A stretch of DNA of 63,610 nucleotides, the filler included, from Sphacelaria rigidula (lineage: Eukaryota): assembly GCA_964200075.2 (NCBI GenBank). It is 7 parts of 7 records of this genome, joined end to end, with 100 filler letters (N's around TTAATTAATTAA, not from the genome) between each part and the next. Parts side by side here need not be neighbours in the genome. Positions count along the whole stretch, not along the records: positions 45,510 to 54,510 come from CAXNAA020009549.1; positions 54,611 to 63,610 come from CAXNAA020009550.1; 5 more parts are not named here. One strand, given 5' to 3'. Positions 49,401 to 63,129 of the stretch are shown piece after piece. Each line of letters opens with the position of its first letter. Positions within the stretch are counted from its first letter, which is position 1. Under the pieces are notes generated by a model. That model had not been told where the DNA came from and ran no database searches. It saw nothing but the letters and a program-made list of their open reading frames with translations. A program made the position numbers and the translations under genes.

Positions 49401-51914
49401 TTACAACGTACAAGACGTTGAATATTCCGGCGTGTCCGCATTGATCCTTTTCCCGACTCTTCTGAACCCAAGCCTACAGGAAAAGGGCGAACTACTTGCA
49501 TGGTGCTTCCGGGAATGTATGCGAACCTTTCGCGTCGAAACTCGACAGCTACCCCGTAAAAACGTTCAGTTCCACATCATACGCCTGTACACACTGCCGA
49601 AAGCGGTCCGTTCTCTCGCCGACGTACCTAGGCTCGCGACTTGTGTGGCGATTCCCGCCTACTGAGAGCAATGGAAGCATTGATAGGCTGAAGCGCTAAC
49701 GTACCTCACTTGAATTGAACTCCGCGCATGATGTTGGCGACGCATTCTCATCCATGGTGATGCCCCCTGCCCTATTCGTCCTGCATTCTTACGGTAATGT
49801 ACTATCGAATGAGCTTATTGTCTTTTCTAAACGAACCGGACTACTTTCAGTCTTCTGCTTCACTCTCGGTACTAGAAACTGGGAACGTGCAGTCTTGTAT
49901 ATATTTTACCGCCATGAAGCTGACGACAGTAGTCATGCCTGTTCGCCCCTCGTCGATCATCCTCCTTCTGAAATTCGTGTCTTTTTAGGCTTGCGCTGCC
50001 ATGTGCTCGGAATCCACTTACTTTGGAACCGAGTACGGGAAGCAGGTGAGATTGCCCTCAACCCGTCATCGCCTCCATCACCGTCCCATTCCGAATGTAA
50101 ATCTCTTGGAGTTTTCAGCTGCAAGAGCATCCACACGTGAGATTCAAATCGCCGCAAGTTCACATCCAGCAGACACAAAGCTAGACCATTTGAGTGATGA
50201 ACGCAAGACGACCTAATGCAACGAACCTCCCCCCTCCATGGGACGACCCTGAAACGCTTGCTTTCGGGTTGAGGACCGCCGGTGGAAACGTTGAACCGCA
50301 CACATAAGTCGTTTTTTTTGCTGTCTTTTTGAGTGATGCACCGAACACAACGGTACGACGATAAGAAAACGTGCCCCTGCCCCTGCTCTCTGTCGGATTG
50401 GAAAGCGTTGTATTTTCTCCACGAAGTTGTACTTTGTCTTGGTCGACAGAAATTACTCATACGCGCTACTTCCATCTGGGCACTAAGTACATTGCTCGTT
50501 GCACATCATTGTAGACATGGTATGCCGGAAATATTGTTTCTTATTCTCCGTACCAAAAACTTGAAGCAATCGAAATTTTCCCCCCGCATCGTACATAGCG
50601 AGGGTAAGGATGCCATAAAACGAAGGCCAAAACCTAGACACGTCAGTAATAGTGTGAAGGTTGACCATTTGACCTGAAAATCGAAAAACAAAAAGATACA
50701 ACAGGTACAGACAAAACAGGGCCATCCCGATATATTAAACTCACATGGAGGTTGGGTATCGTGGTGAGATACCTGGACAACTTTACCAATTTCCATGGGG
50801 TTGTGGAAACCTGGCTACTCTCCTGACATTCACGACATTAGATGCACAGGCGTCGAATGGAGGGAAGAGGCGTGGATAATGCATGGCGAAACCGTCAAGA
50901 CCTACTGCACCCATGAAGCAAACACCTTACCTATTACCGACCACTTGACCAAAGAGGAGGACAACCAAGCGGTGCGTAAATATGTCAAGGTATTGAAGGA
51001 TAGATGCTAGTACAAACGCTTGGGGAATCGTTGGCCAAGCTTTTGACAGCAAAGGTCTACTCGGGAGCATGAGTGGAATAGCGATCCATGGTGAAGCGTA
51101 CATGGAATGGGAGGAAGTGATGATGTACGCGACATCCCGATGTGTGAGTAAGGTGTTACGCAAGCCGTCCTTGAACCTTACACGGTGAAAATGATCTATC
51201 TCCCTGGAGGAACGTAACCAGTACAGCAGCGGGGCAATAAGGTAGAGGATACGATCGTGAATGAAGTGTTGATCCACTACGAAATTAGCCGTAATCAAAC
51301 ATACGTATACTCTGGGGGAATCATGTATGTAATTTATTACTGTGTTCAAACAGTACGATCGTCGAGGTACCAAAGCTGGTACTCTGCATATTGGATTTTA
51401 GCGCTTTGCCGCGCATGCTTTCCTCCGAGATGATTATGACAGTTCGACACATGGGGATTCAGCACGCCCATTGTCTCCGTGGTACACTTCCTTGGAAAGC
51501 TTCCTTTGAGTGATGCTACGCTAAGAAGGGGGCTATTTTGGACCATTTCTCCTAAAAAATTCCATTTCAACCCGTCATTGAAAGCAGCAAGGTTTGTTCG
51601 AACGCGCTTGTTACCAATAAGACACACTCATCCGTACCACTTGACACCATTTACACCCAAATGAAAACGCACCGCGAGTAGTGAGGTCGTCTGACACACC
51701 TGTCAATCCCTTCTTTCCGTGGAATTAAACACTCGCCCCCCCCCCCCCCCCTATCGTGGCATCTGTCGTTTGTAAGTTGTTTTTGTGGGCCAAGACATCG
51801 GATTGTGATTGCCCAACACTTGGGTTTAAGAAAGCCAGTTTTCTCCGTAGTCCACTTCCTTGGAAGCTTCCTGTGCAATTCCGTCCCTGCCTCTTTCCTG
51901 TCTCCTCCTACTGC

Positions 51915-51949
<35 letters not shown>

Positions 51950-52163
51950 ACCAACCCACCCCCCCCACCACCCACAAATCAACACGACCACAACACAAGG
52001 AAGGGAAAGCGCGGAGAAAGANNNNNNNNNNTTCCTTTTTTTGGAAGCTTCTTGTGTAATTCCGTCCCTTTTTCTTTCTTTTCTCCTTCTATTTCCCCCC
52101 CCCCCCCCCCCTCCGAACCCACTCTACGAAACAAAGTCAACACAAACACAATTTTGGAATCAG

Positions 52164-54395
52164 TGCTTCAGCAACGTGGAAGGTGACGAGCTCGACCACG
52201 AGGAGCCGATCGCCTGCATCTTTAAATGCACCGGTGACGTCGCCCAGACGTGCGGCGGTTACAACGCCATCAGCGTGTACTGCTTCGGAGGCGTCGTGCC
52301 GCGCGCCGACCCCCGCGCCTGTAGAACCATCGGCGTATACGTATATGGGGTGCTTCGCGGACAGCAAGGACGATCGCCTTCTAAGCGGTGACGAAACTAA
52401 GGCACGGAGAACATGAGTACCGATGTGAGTGGATGAGTAATGCGGCGGAAAAAAACGCTGGGAAGGTGCCTATAGATACGGTTTATCTCGTGATGGAACC
52501 CTGTTTTTTTTTTTTGCCGGGGATAGCAAGGGCACGTTTCGGTTTGCTCGTACTGCCTGTGGACAATCACAGAGATGACAATCGCCTGAAGCTTGGATCT
52601 GGAATACTCGGGGTAACTTGTGCCTGATGAAAGAAGGCATCGGAGAGCGCACGCAAGAGTATAGCCAACGGCGACGAATAGACGTTTCTCTCCTCTTTTT
52701 TCTGCTCTTTCTCGCGGGCCTGAGAACGTCTCTGACAATTGTTTAGCGGACGCCAATGGACTTAAAATGACCCCTCATGGGTACACGGCGTGTCACCGCA
52801 GTGTATGTGGCACACCTGAAACCGATCATGAAGAGAAACTTGCGTGCTCGAATCTCAGGAGATATGGGTGGAATTTTGTCTCTCTGAGATAACTCTCTCA
52901 GAATTCCGTCGTTCCGAATGTGAGGACGCGAGCCACGAACGAAAACTTGTTGGACTCGAGTGAAAACGGTCCGGGAGTGGCGATGGCGTGCTGATTGAAT
53001 CTTCAATTTCTGGTATGTGCCAGAAACTCAGGTGTGGACCGCGGTGAATCGAGCGAATTCCTGTTCAGTGCGGACTCATCCCGTGGAAGGACAGGCGATA
53101 GAACGATGACGCGAACAATATCGCTTACTTCGCCCTGTAGAAGGCACAGCACCGTCGGCACCTTGACGCTGCGCTGTAGTTGAGCAGCTCCTCTATGGTT
53201 TCCGGCACACTGTGTACTAGGTTATTCGTGATCCCTCCCTCCCCTAATTCGTGCTTACAGTTACCAAATCAGTTATCAATCTATTTGCGGTGGTCGATCG
53301 AGGGATTGTCTGTGCCACATGGCGCCGAAGAAGGTCAGGAATTAAATAGGGTGTGTGAACGAATCGGATTCCGGCTCTATCGAGGGAGTGGGGGTGAGTC
53401 GGAATAATACGTGAAGCAAGAGGCTTTCATGCCGTCTGACCACAAGAGCCAGTGAGGACGTTGTTGTACATGTAATGCGTGAGAGGACCGCGTGCTTAGA
53501 GGACTGCATCGAAATTTGAACATCCCTATGGTTAGGGTCACGGTCAGGCTTAGTGTTAGGGTTATAGTCAGGGACGTGGTACCTGCAGGGACTGGCCCGA
53601 TTGGTTTCGAAAAACGTCGATCCTGAGGTGTTTTGAACTACGACGCGGTCCTCTAAGCACGGTCCTCTCACGCACTACAGTACTGGTCGCACGCGTGTAC
53701 AAGATAACAGCAGACTTGAAACGGCATGCTAATGACCTACATACTTGTGCACGTGCATAAAATCTGATAAGGGGGCATGTACCTTATGCATATACAGCAG
53801 CGAAAACCCTCGCTCTGATGAGCTTATCGACTGTTATTCGGTACGAGACAACATTTGACGTTGCGGATCTGTTAGCGTGCGGTGGTCGCGATTAATGACC
53901 ATCATCACTCATCACGTCGCTGTCATCAAGTTGTCGGGAATGTGCACCACATACCAAGGTTACAGTGATTGCGATCCCGACAAGTGCATCGTGGAACAGA
54001 AATGAGCATGGTGCTCAAAACGTCGCGACGGTAACGGACCGGTCGGTGTCGCGTATTAGTATATATGAATCGCTGTGAGGTGACACAGCTGTGGTATAGG
54101 GCAAAAGCCAATTGTTGCGTGACTTTACCTTTTTTTGGATTTTCGTCCTCGCGACGGTTACGCTCTCCATTCCTCTACCCGCTGCTCTTGTTGTCTGGGA
54201 TGTTTTCCCGTTGAGTTGTGCGCGGAGCTATGTCCATCGTCCAAGCATTTCGGGACTCAGTACGGGATCCAGCGCTTCTGCGGTACTGAGGGCGACGCTC
54301 TCGACACGGAGGAGGGCGAGTGCACGTACGGTTGGATCGGTGATTCGTCTGCCATATGCGGCGGATACGACGCCATCAGCGTCTACGAGCATTGA
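52164..54395 (+). pseudogene. WSC (carbohydrate-binding) domain gene, probably pseudogenised, 2 exons
   Basis: Exon 52164-52424 encodes C..CTGDVAQTCGGYNAISVY, then after a frameshift PTPAPV..YTYMGCFADSKDDRLL, then after a second shift MSTD|GTGAGT. The first frame has a TGA at 52389-52391. Exon 54216-54395 encodes LCAELC..FGTQYGIQRFCG..CTYGWIGDSSAICGGYDAISVY-stop, with two expected Cys replaced (R, W) and a GAG acceptor. Confidence 0.8.
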
Positions 54396-54712
54396 AGGCA
54401 GTTACGTGACGAGAGTTTTCTCTTCATTTTTTAATTCCCTGTGATTGTGTGTGTGTTGTGTTGTCGTCCCATTTATTCTGGGCACCAGTCTACACCTTTC
54501 GGTGTATGTGNNNNNNNNNNNNNNNNNNNNNNNNNNNNNNNNNNNNNNNNNNNNTTAATTAATTAANNNNNNNNNNNNNNNNNNNNNNNNNNNNNNNNNN
54601 NNNNNNNNNNGAGAGGGGGGGTCGGCACTGTGCGGAGGAGGGGCCCTACGTCCACCACACAACAAAGCCAACAGGGGGGGGACGCCCCCCCCCCCCCCCC
54701 CCCCCACAAGTC

Positions 54713-55580
54713 GACTCACGTTCGGGGCGCCTCCCCCTCGATGTATCCCGTGTGGTCCCCAAGCTCACACAGCAGTACAATGGGTGAAGGAGCCGGATGC
54801 GCAGGAGTCGGTGGCGTCGTCGATAGCAGCGGCACAGGGTGGGGAAGAACCGCTGCGACGCAACAACAACACACCAAAGGGAGGCGAAATGCAGCCGACC
54901 TCCGGGTCCACGAAGAAGGCAGACATGGCCCACATGGACTAGTAAGGTCCACCACCCCCACTAGACGACTCACGTTCGGGGCCCCTGCCCCTCGATGTAT
55001 CCCGTGTGGCTTCCGAGCTCGAGCCATGTGGGCCATGTCTGCCTTCTTCGTGGACCCGGAGGTCGGCTGCATTTAGCCTTCCCGTGGTGTGCGGTCGTTG
55101 TGTGGCAGCGGTCCTTCCCCACCTTGTGCTGCTGCGACACAACGACTGAGCACCACGGGGAGGCTAAATGCAGCCGACGCCCGGGCCCACCACAAACGAA
55201 GACATGGCCCACATGGCTCGAGCTCGGAGGCCGCACGGGACACATCTCGGGGCAGGGACTCACGTTAAAAATGCAGCCGACCTCCACGTCCACCAAGAAC
55301 GAAGACATGGCCCATGTGGCTCGAGCTCGGGGGCCATACGGGATAAATCTAGGGGCAGTGACTCACGTCACGTTCGGGGCCCCTGCTCCTCGATGAACTC
55401 CGTGCGGCCCCCGAGCTCGAGCCATGTGGGCCATGTCTGCTTTCTTCGTGGACCCGGAGGTCGGCTGCATTTAGCTTCCCCGTGGTGTGTGGTTGTTGTG
55501 TCGCAGCGGTCCTTCCCCACCATGTGCCGCTGCTGTCGGCGACGCCACCGACCCCTGCGCCTCCGGCTCCTTCACCCACC
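54713..55580. repeat. Modular foldback repeat cluster
   Basis: The module AAATGCAGCCGACCTCC..GACATGGCCCA.TGG occurs five times in orientation +,-,+,+,-. The outer arms 54781-54875 and 55483-55578 are inverted copies of each other. Confidence 0.85.
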
Positions 55581-56659
55581 GTGCTGAAGTGCTGGACATT
55601 GCTCAGTCGCTGTGTCAATTGCTCCGGCAGACAACCGAATGTCACCATCGTATTCTCCATTTGCGTAATGCGTTCCGCGGTAGATGATGTCTCCACCTCA
55701 GATGCTTAGTTCGAAGACTGCAGTTCTGTGCCCCTACGTGAAGCCATGGGTCGTCGAACTGTACAGGTAAATACTAGTATGTTGGTTCGTGCACCCGTGG
55801 AGAGCTGTCAAGATAGTCTATCACTGCAGCGTAGCTAGTAGGTGTGGCTGGTAGGGAGAGTGAGGAGGGTGGGGAAGCAATGCGCCCAGCTCCACCCCCA
55901 TCACGAGTACACGTATGTCTCCCAACACGCCAAGTGCGGTGGAACACCCTTACACATGTACCCAATCACAACACCACACCTCAGGTGAGTCATCACATCG
56001 TAGATACTACTCGTCGTATATTTCACTCAAGATATTCAGTCACACGAACACCACCTTCTTGGCGAAGGTCTTCGAACCACACCGGTATACGGTATACTCG
56101 TCCATGGTTTTTGGTCTGATCGGGCGCCACCTTCTCAGCGAGTATGTTCGTGAATTTCGCCGCGAGTGCATTGACTGTATCGCCGGTTCTAGTCTACTTC
56201 AGCTTGACCTCGCTGATAATCAACTGGGTGAGTTGCTCACGTCCACCGTAGTTTAGAAACTCATAAGCATTCCGTGTGAAGATCGAAGCAAGGCGAGCAG
56301 TGCCGCAGCTAAATATCTGTTGTGCTGTAGAGACCAAGACATCCGAATTAACGATCCAGTCCACTCACACCTTTTGAACATCACCGGCAGCGCTGCGGCG
56401 CTCGAAACCAACGATATCTTCCTCGGTAACTGGTGCGTCACGAGCTTCCCCCCTGCATATTGGTCGACCTCATCCAAGCTAACGAAGAGTATCCGCCCTT
56501 TTCAGCAGCTGATTGTGGAAAACTCTAATCTAATGGCCACGCATGAACAAAACACGCATGTGCGCTCCGCGGCCGATCTTGAAAACGCTGAACACTTTAG
56601 CAGGCGTGTTGGGTGAGATCAAAACAAGGTTGTTGTAACACCATTAGATACTGTAATGT

Positions 56660-58612
56660 GGGCGTCCTACTGAGGAACAAAATTGCCATCCTTGAACGGT
56701 GGGCGAGATTCTTCCGCACCCTGCTCAACCTCAAATCGCCCACGCTGAACCCAGCCATCATCGAGGAGGTGAAGCAGCGACCGACAGCGTAAAACACCGG
56801 AGATTCAGTACCACTTGGGGCAGCACCAACACTGGAGGGAACCAGACGAGCAGTCCGGGCGGTGCAAAACTGGAAAGCGCCAGGACACGACCCCCTTCCT
56901 GTGGAGCTACTCAAGATCGACGGCCGCGCCGAGCCCATCGTCCTCGAACGCTTTTATACCATTCTCGTCGAGGTGTGGAACGGAGGGGGGGTCCCGCAGG
57001 AGTGAAAAGGTGCAACCATCAAGGTGCTGTACAAGAAATCGGACCAGTCCAACTGCAATAACTACAGTGGGATCTCTCTGGTATCGCAAGCAGGGAAAGT
57101 GCTCCTGAAGATAGCGGCTAATCGCCTCAGCGACTACTGTAAAACGCACGGGATATTAGCGGAGGAACAGTGCGGCTTCCAACCTAACCGATCCACCGTC
57201 GACATGCTGTTCGTCGTGCGCCGACTCCAGGAGCTGGGACGGCGGCGAAAAATACAGCTGTTCATGTGCTTCGTCGACCTCCAGAAGGCATATGACTCGG
57301 TCGACCGAGAGCTTCTGTGGCAGGTACTGGCCCGAGCTGGTATACCGGATGAGATGATGGCAGTTATCCGCCAATTCCACGACGGTATGCAGGCCCGCGT
57401 TCGCATGGACGACTGGGAGCTCTCGGAGTGGTTTGAAGTCACACAGGGACTGCGACAAGGACGTGTACTGTCTCCCCTGCTGTTCAACATCTTCTTCGCG
57501 GCAGTGCTCGAGATAGTCCTCCTGCGATTCAGCGAGGATGATATCATCATCTAGGACATGGTATATCTCGATGAGGACACGGTGAGGGGGGCGGAGACAC
57601 CGCTGGAACGGGTACGCAGAGCGGTGTGGGGAATGCTGTATGCCGACGATGCCGGCGTCATCTCGAGATCCCCCGACGGACTGGCAAGGATGATGACCAT
57701 CATAGTGGACGTGCTTGGAGCCGTCGGACTGACCATATCGGACCGGAGAAGAAGACGGAAACCCTCTTGGTGCGAGTGCCGAGGCAAGCACCGAAGAGGG
57801 GGGAGTCACCAACACCATCTCCCCCACCGCTGATCGTCGAAGCAGCGGGTCAGAAATACGCCCAGAAAACTAGTTTCTGATCCTTGGGCGGGCTCGTCAA
57901 CGAAGAGGACGAACTCAAGCAAGAAATCAACAATCGGAGCAGAGCAGCGTGGGCGTATATTGGGAAGTTGTCCCGGGAGCTCTTTGGCCGACCGAAACCA
58001 CCATGGAGACTCAAGGTCCAACTGCTGAAAGCGGAGGCGATGGAGGCCCTACTATACGGATGCATGACGTGGGCCCCGCGCTGCGAACACGACGACTTGC
58101 TGAGAAAGGGGCACTACCGGCTTCTCCTGCGAGTCATCGGGTACCGCCGAGTGCGCGGCACATACCGACAGCTGTCGTATGTACAGGCCCTCAAGAATAC
58201 CGGATGCCAAAGTGCCGAAGCCATCGTCCGGTAACGACGACTGCTGTTCGCGGGAACCCTGGCTAGACAACCGGACGGACGATTACCGAAGCGAATAGCA
58301 TTCGGAACACTGGTCGGGGGGGAGGATCCAGGACCAGGGTGCCCGGAACAAAACTGACTGAAGTGCCTGAGGGACGACCTCAACGCTTTCGAAGCCACAT
58401 ATGGCTCTACGGATGACAACCGCCAGACATTCGGAATTGACCGCGTCCTGTGCACCTCAGCAGCGAATAAGGAGGGGGGCTTTCCGTGGCACGCGAGAGT
58501 GCTGCAGGGAGCGGAGAGGTTCATGACCTCATGGCACAGAAATGAAGAGGAGGCCAGCCGACTGCATGCGATTAGACGGGAGACCAACGAAGCCCACATA
58601 GCACAGCAATGA
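56660..58612 (+). mobile_element. Non-LTR retrotransposon (RTE-type LINE), 5'-truncated, degenerate reverse transcriptase ORF
   Basis: Motifs: [77 protein letters not shown] at 57636-57650; LLYGCMTWA; RLPKR. There are several stops (e.g. 57552-57554) and frameshifts. No endonuclease domain was seen. Confidence 0.93.
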
Positions 58613-61600
58613 TGACGGTCCAGAAAAGGGGGGGAGGGGGGGTGAACCCCCCCAATGAAGGGTGTCGTTATGTCACGCAGTACCTGTCTTGATACACCTG
58701 GTATGCTTGTACGTGTGGCTGTCCCTCGAGAGGTCGAAAGATGGAACCTTGCGATTCTTAGTTCTTCGGTTGATGGCATTTGGGGGCCTTGAGTCTCGCC
58801 CGTAGTCGGAGCCTATGTCCATTTATACTTGGCCTCGCACGTCGAGTTGGAAAGCTGGGTGCCACCCCCTTATGCGCGTTTACCGCTGACTATGCGTCCG
58901 CATCAGATGCCCAGCACGAATGTACCGCGCAGATATCGGAACGGTTTTTAATGTAAAGATAACAACAATGTGGCGTGGACGCAGTACTTGTTGTAATTAC
59001 GTTGTGCTGTACTGTAGTGTAGCGTATTTACAACACAGTGCAGTGCGCGTTTACCGCTGGCTATGCATGGCACTATCCGCGCTTTGCATGCTCCGTGTAG
59101 ACAGTTCTGACACGAAATCGGTCAGAGTCGAATAGGAGCTGTATGGACGATGATCTGGGAAATCTCACATGATCATCGTGGTTCGAACCAATTCCAGGAG
59201 GTTACTCGATTATATACTCGTACTGTAGGTTACTGTACTCGAGATGTAGCTGTATAACGAGGGCCAGTCGCGAACCTTGGAACTTCACTACAAGTACCGC
59301 TGTTTTCTGCTCTTTAAGGGGTTAGATAGCAGTTGCTGATGTATTGTTATACTATTTGGCTACATATTTCCTCCATGGTGAGCTCTTGCACGCGCTGGCG
59401 CCCAGCTAGCGCCCATCAACGCACGGGACACGTGGTATCAATGACTTTTCAGGGGTACACATACTGCACAGATCACTGATGATACTCGGAACAGTTCACA
59501 AGGTTGCCGATACTGGGTTATGACTCTCCACTGGATATATCTCAGGGAAATCTCCACCTCAACCACCTTCACAAGCAACAACAACAACAACACTGCGGTA
59601 TCGTGAGAACAATGATGGAGGCCGTCATCACCGAGAGAGGGTGAGTAAGGAGTGGGTGCTGGAAATGGGGTATGAATAACTTGGATAAAGATGTACCTGT
59701 GTTGGTGTGCGCTTGAAGCGTCTGCAATTGGTGAACGTCAACACTGCACCCTAAAAGGTGACATACACACAGGCATCGACTGTTGTTGGTTTTTGTTTCG
59801 CCGTGGCTAAGTTTCGGACTTGTTGTCTTCTCCTTCTGCGCATCAGTCCTCGAGCGGGTGTGCTTTAACTGTGCCAAATTCAGTTGTGCGAGCTTGCCCA
59901 TCCTTGATGATTTTACACTTGCGGCTGGTAGTCGTTTCGTTTCTCTTCCCAGCCTTCGCGGATGTTGCATTCCGCTCAACATTTTCAAGGACAGGACTGT
60001 AATCTGTTTCCTCTGTCGTGCTGTCGCCGTAATAATAATCAATGTTAGCCGCCTGCAGACAGGCGCAAGGTCGTAGGAGATAATGATTATGAGACCGACC
60101 GAGGCTCACTCTATCGATTCATATCGATATATGGGCCGTGGATGATACACAGTCGCAGTTCCTTGACTTTTGTAATATCATCACGCATGCAGCAAAACGA
60201 CGCACCTCCGTCTGGCTATTGTCGTACATTGATCGTCAAAGCTGTGGTAGCCGCTTCGTTTTGAGACGCCCGTCAGCCGCTATTTCATACTGTACAGCAC
60301 AGAAGTCCTGAAGCAGCTCGAACTGTTGACTGTAATTTCCATCTCGAAACCCGAACATATCGGAGTAATAAGACGGCAGTCTGTCTGCTGTATTGTATGG
60401 GACAGGCAATAATACTAACAGCTCCTAAAAAGTCAGAAGGTACTAAAAACAATGGAAGACCCAAGCAACACGCCACCGTAATTTTTGGACAGCAGTCCTC
60501 ACTACTCTTCCGCCCCTCGCACATCCTTATTTCCCACATCACCGCCCTAAGGCCCCCACCGCCAGCACCAGACACTGTTGGAACCATACCAGGAGTTGAA
60601 GAGACGAAAATGGAGCAGGTGGCAGTAGAGTTGCCACCGTCGCCACCGATGGCACAGGCCCCACAGGCTGCCTCGCCTGCGCCACGACGGCCCGCCCCGC
60701 AGCAACATGCTTTGAAGCCAGCGCGAGCGGCTCGCCCGCTTCCAGTGCCGGAGTTGGATGTGGGCTTATTGAGGAGGTTGGAGCTAGCGGCACGTCCGGG
60801 CGGGCGCCCGAGATCTTATGATGTGCTCACTAGCCCGGAAAGGTGTGCTGCATGTGCCTGTCGCCGTTCTGTGTTGTGGTGTTCGTAGTGATGATGTGTT
60901 CGGGCGAGTTTGCATGTTAGGGAGCGCGCACGGTGGATTTCTGCGTGGTGCTTATCATGTACTACTATACTGACTCCAGTAATGAGTGAGCAAGAAATAC
61001 TGCGTACCAAATAGCGGCTACAGTAACATCCACAGCGTAGTCGACTGATTCACTACAGTACCTACTGTACTTTGTAGGGTAGTACGACGCACTGTAGTTT
61101 TGCAGCTGTGCTGCCGGTATTTTTGTCGGGCGCTCGAACTCGAGCGCTTGACCCAGGGAGTAAAGAAGGCGAGTGGTTGACTATCCGCCAACAGTACGGT
61201 GGCACACAAATGGTATCCAAGGGCACGTTGTCGGGGGTGTCCCGAGGTGTGCGAGGCTGCAGGCAGTTAGTTGTGCATGTCGGCCCGCTGGGACGCTATT
61301 TACAGTGCAATGTTGGCAGGTTGGCGTGGTGCTGTCGTTTGCTTCCCAGTACCCTCCGTGCGGGCAGGGTGGGTATTGCAGGAACGATGGTATAGTATTA
61401 CACTCGACTATCATATAACATGTTCGCGAGAACTTCCGGCAACGGCACGCCATGTACAGCGCTCATAGCATTTTCCCTGACTTGTGAGAAATGCAGTGAA
61501 CTCAGTGGCCCTGCCGGCACATAACGATTGTCTATACTTTATCATGAGATATACCGCCGACTCCCTGTGGAATCCTCAAAAGTGGTACACGATTCCAAGC

Positions 61601-63129
61601 CGCTTCTATGCAGGCATGGACGTTGGTTCGGAAGGCGTTGCGTCTATCCCTCACAGCCGTGAGGAAGACGTCCCCCGCACGCCTTGGTATCTGATCATGT
61701 GCTGTTGCGATGTTCCGTGTGTACAGAGAAGAAAATTCTTCAAGATTTCAGTCGTCTGTCCTGACGGGGAAAAGCGTAAGCGGGTGTTTGCGGGCGATAT
61801 CGCGGGTACACATCCCCGCTTGACAACATTCGCCGACACGATGCGAAGGGACATCTCGAAGAGCGTAGAGTGGGTTGTCCGTCGCTCACGCGCTGCTCTA
61901 AACTGATGACTCCTTAGTGAATTCTGCGGGGGGGGGGGGGGGGGCATGCCACAGACAGCAACATTCCGTCAGTGCGTTTGCGCTTTCGCCGCACTGATAT
62001 GCTGACGCTTTACCTGCTGTCTGTTCTTGTCTTTCTTCCGCCTGTGTCATTTGCCCAGCAACCTGGTATGTATGTTCGTGCGATCGCTGAAGAAGGCGAT
62101 ATATGGCGAGGTCTGGGATGCTCTGGAGGTGCGTTGTACTCTTAGCTGGGGCTGATGCTGCAACGTTCCGATTTCCCACTTGTACTTGTACTTTCGACAA
62201 AAACTAAGGAATTTGAACGATTGGAGCAACCGTGTACGAAAATCAAGACATGAACTGCCTCCCTTGCTGTACATGGACTAATTTGAACAGCTCTCCGGAC
62301 AAACAGTTGAGGCTACCGCTGCCGCATGTATTGATCGTCGTCGTGCGGTGTAATTGTTCCAATTCAAATATTCAAGTTCAAATATTCACTTCCCTTGGTA
62401 CTCTCTGTCCAGCATTCCTGGACTTGGAGAACAGCACAGATAAATGTGAGGTTTTCTCCATCTTTTACAGCCGGTTTCAGTCTTGGTGACATGGACGGTT
62501 GGTCGTGGGCTCGAACTGCTGGTCGAAACACACACCGTTTTTTTTGCTAGAGCGCATCCCGTTGGAGGCGGGTGTGCATTAACCCCTAGACCGCGAGGAG
62601 GGTGGTCCATCTAGATCGCGCATACTGTTTCAAGTGGAATTGATGCCGATTCAACAGGTGACCTACTCTCGCCGTCTAAGGAATACACTGCTGCGGGCAC
62701 GGTGAAATACGTGTAGCTCCTTATTCTTCTGCTGTTTCTTGAGATGTTTCGTTTTGTCGGGACGTTGCCCAGTGACATTGAGCACATCTTGTGCACACTA
62801 TACTAGGCGTGTGCATTAGGGAGAAACGGGACGAGTCAGAAAACTGTTCCGCCCGTATAGTCCCTTGCAAGCAGCTCTACTAGCGGGAGGTGAAGACCCC
62901 CCCCTGCGCGAGGTCATTAGTCAGATGACTATGGCATGCAACATCATGAGTACACTCCCCTGCGTGGGCACCCTTTCATGAATATAGGCCCCCATGCCGG
63001 TTCCCTAGCGGACTCTCAATGACGAGGTGAAACTTGAAACGTCTGGCGGAACTCTTATTGGTAAAGTACCTAATATCGCCAGTATGTAGAGGGTACCTCC
63101 TGCTCTACCCCCCTCCTCCTCGTGACGAG

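Noticed and set aside
51845..52105. Short duplication flanking the 10-N gap at 52022-52031
   Set aside because: It sits between poly-C tracts at a scaffolding gap and may be an assembly or allelic artefact.
57134..58779. Long minus-strand ORFs (223 and 221 aa)
   Set aside because: They are antisense shadows of the GC-rich LINE reverse transcriptase frame.
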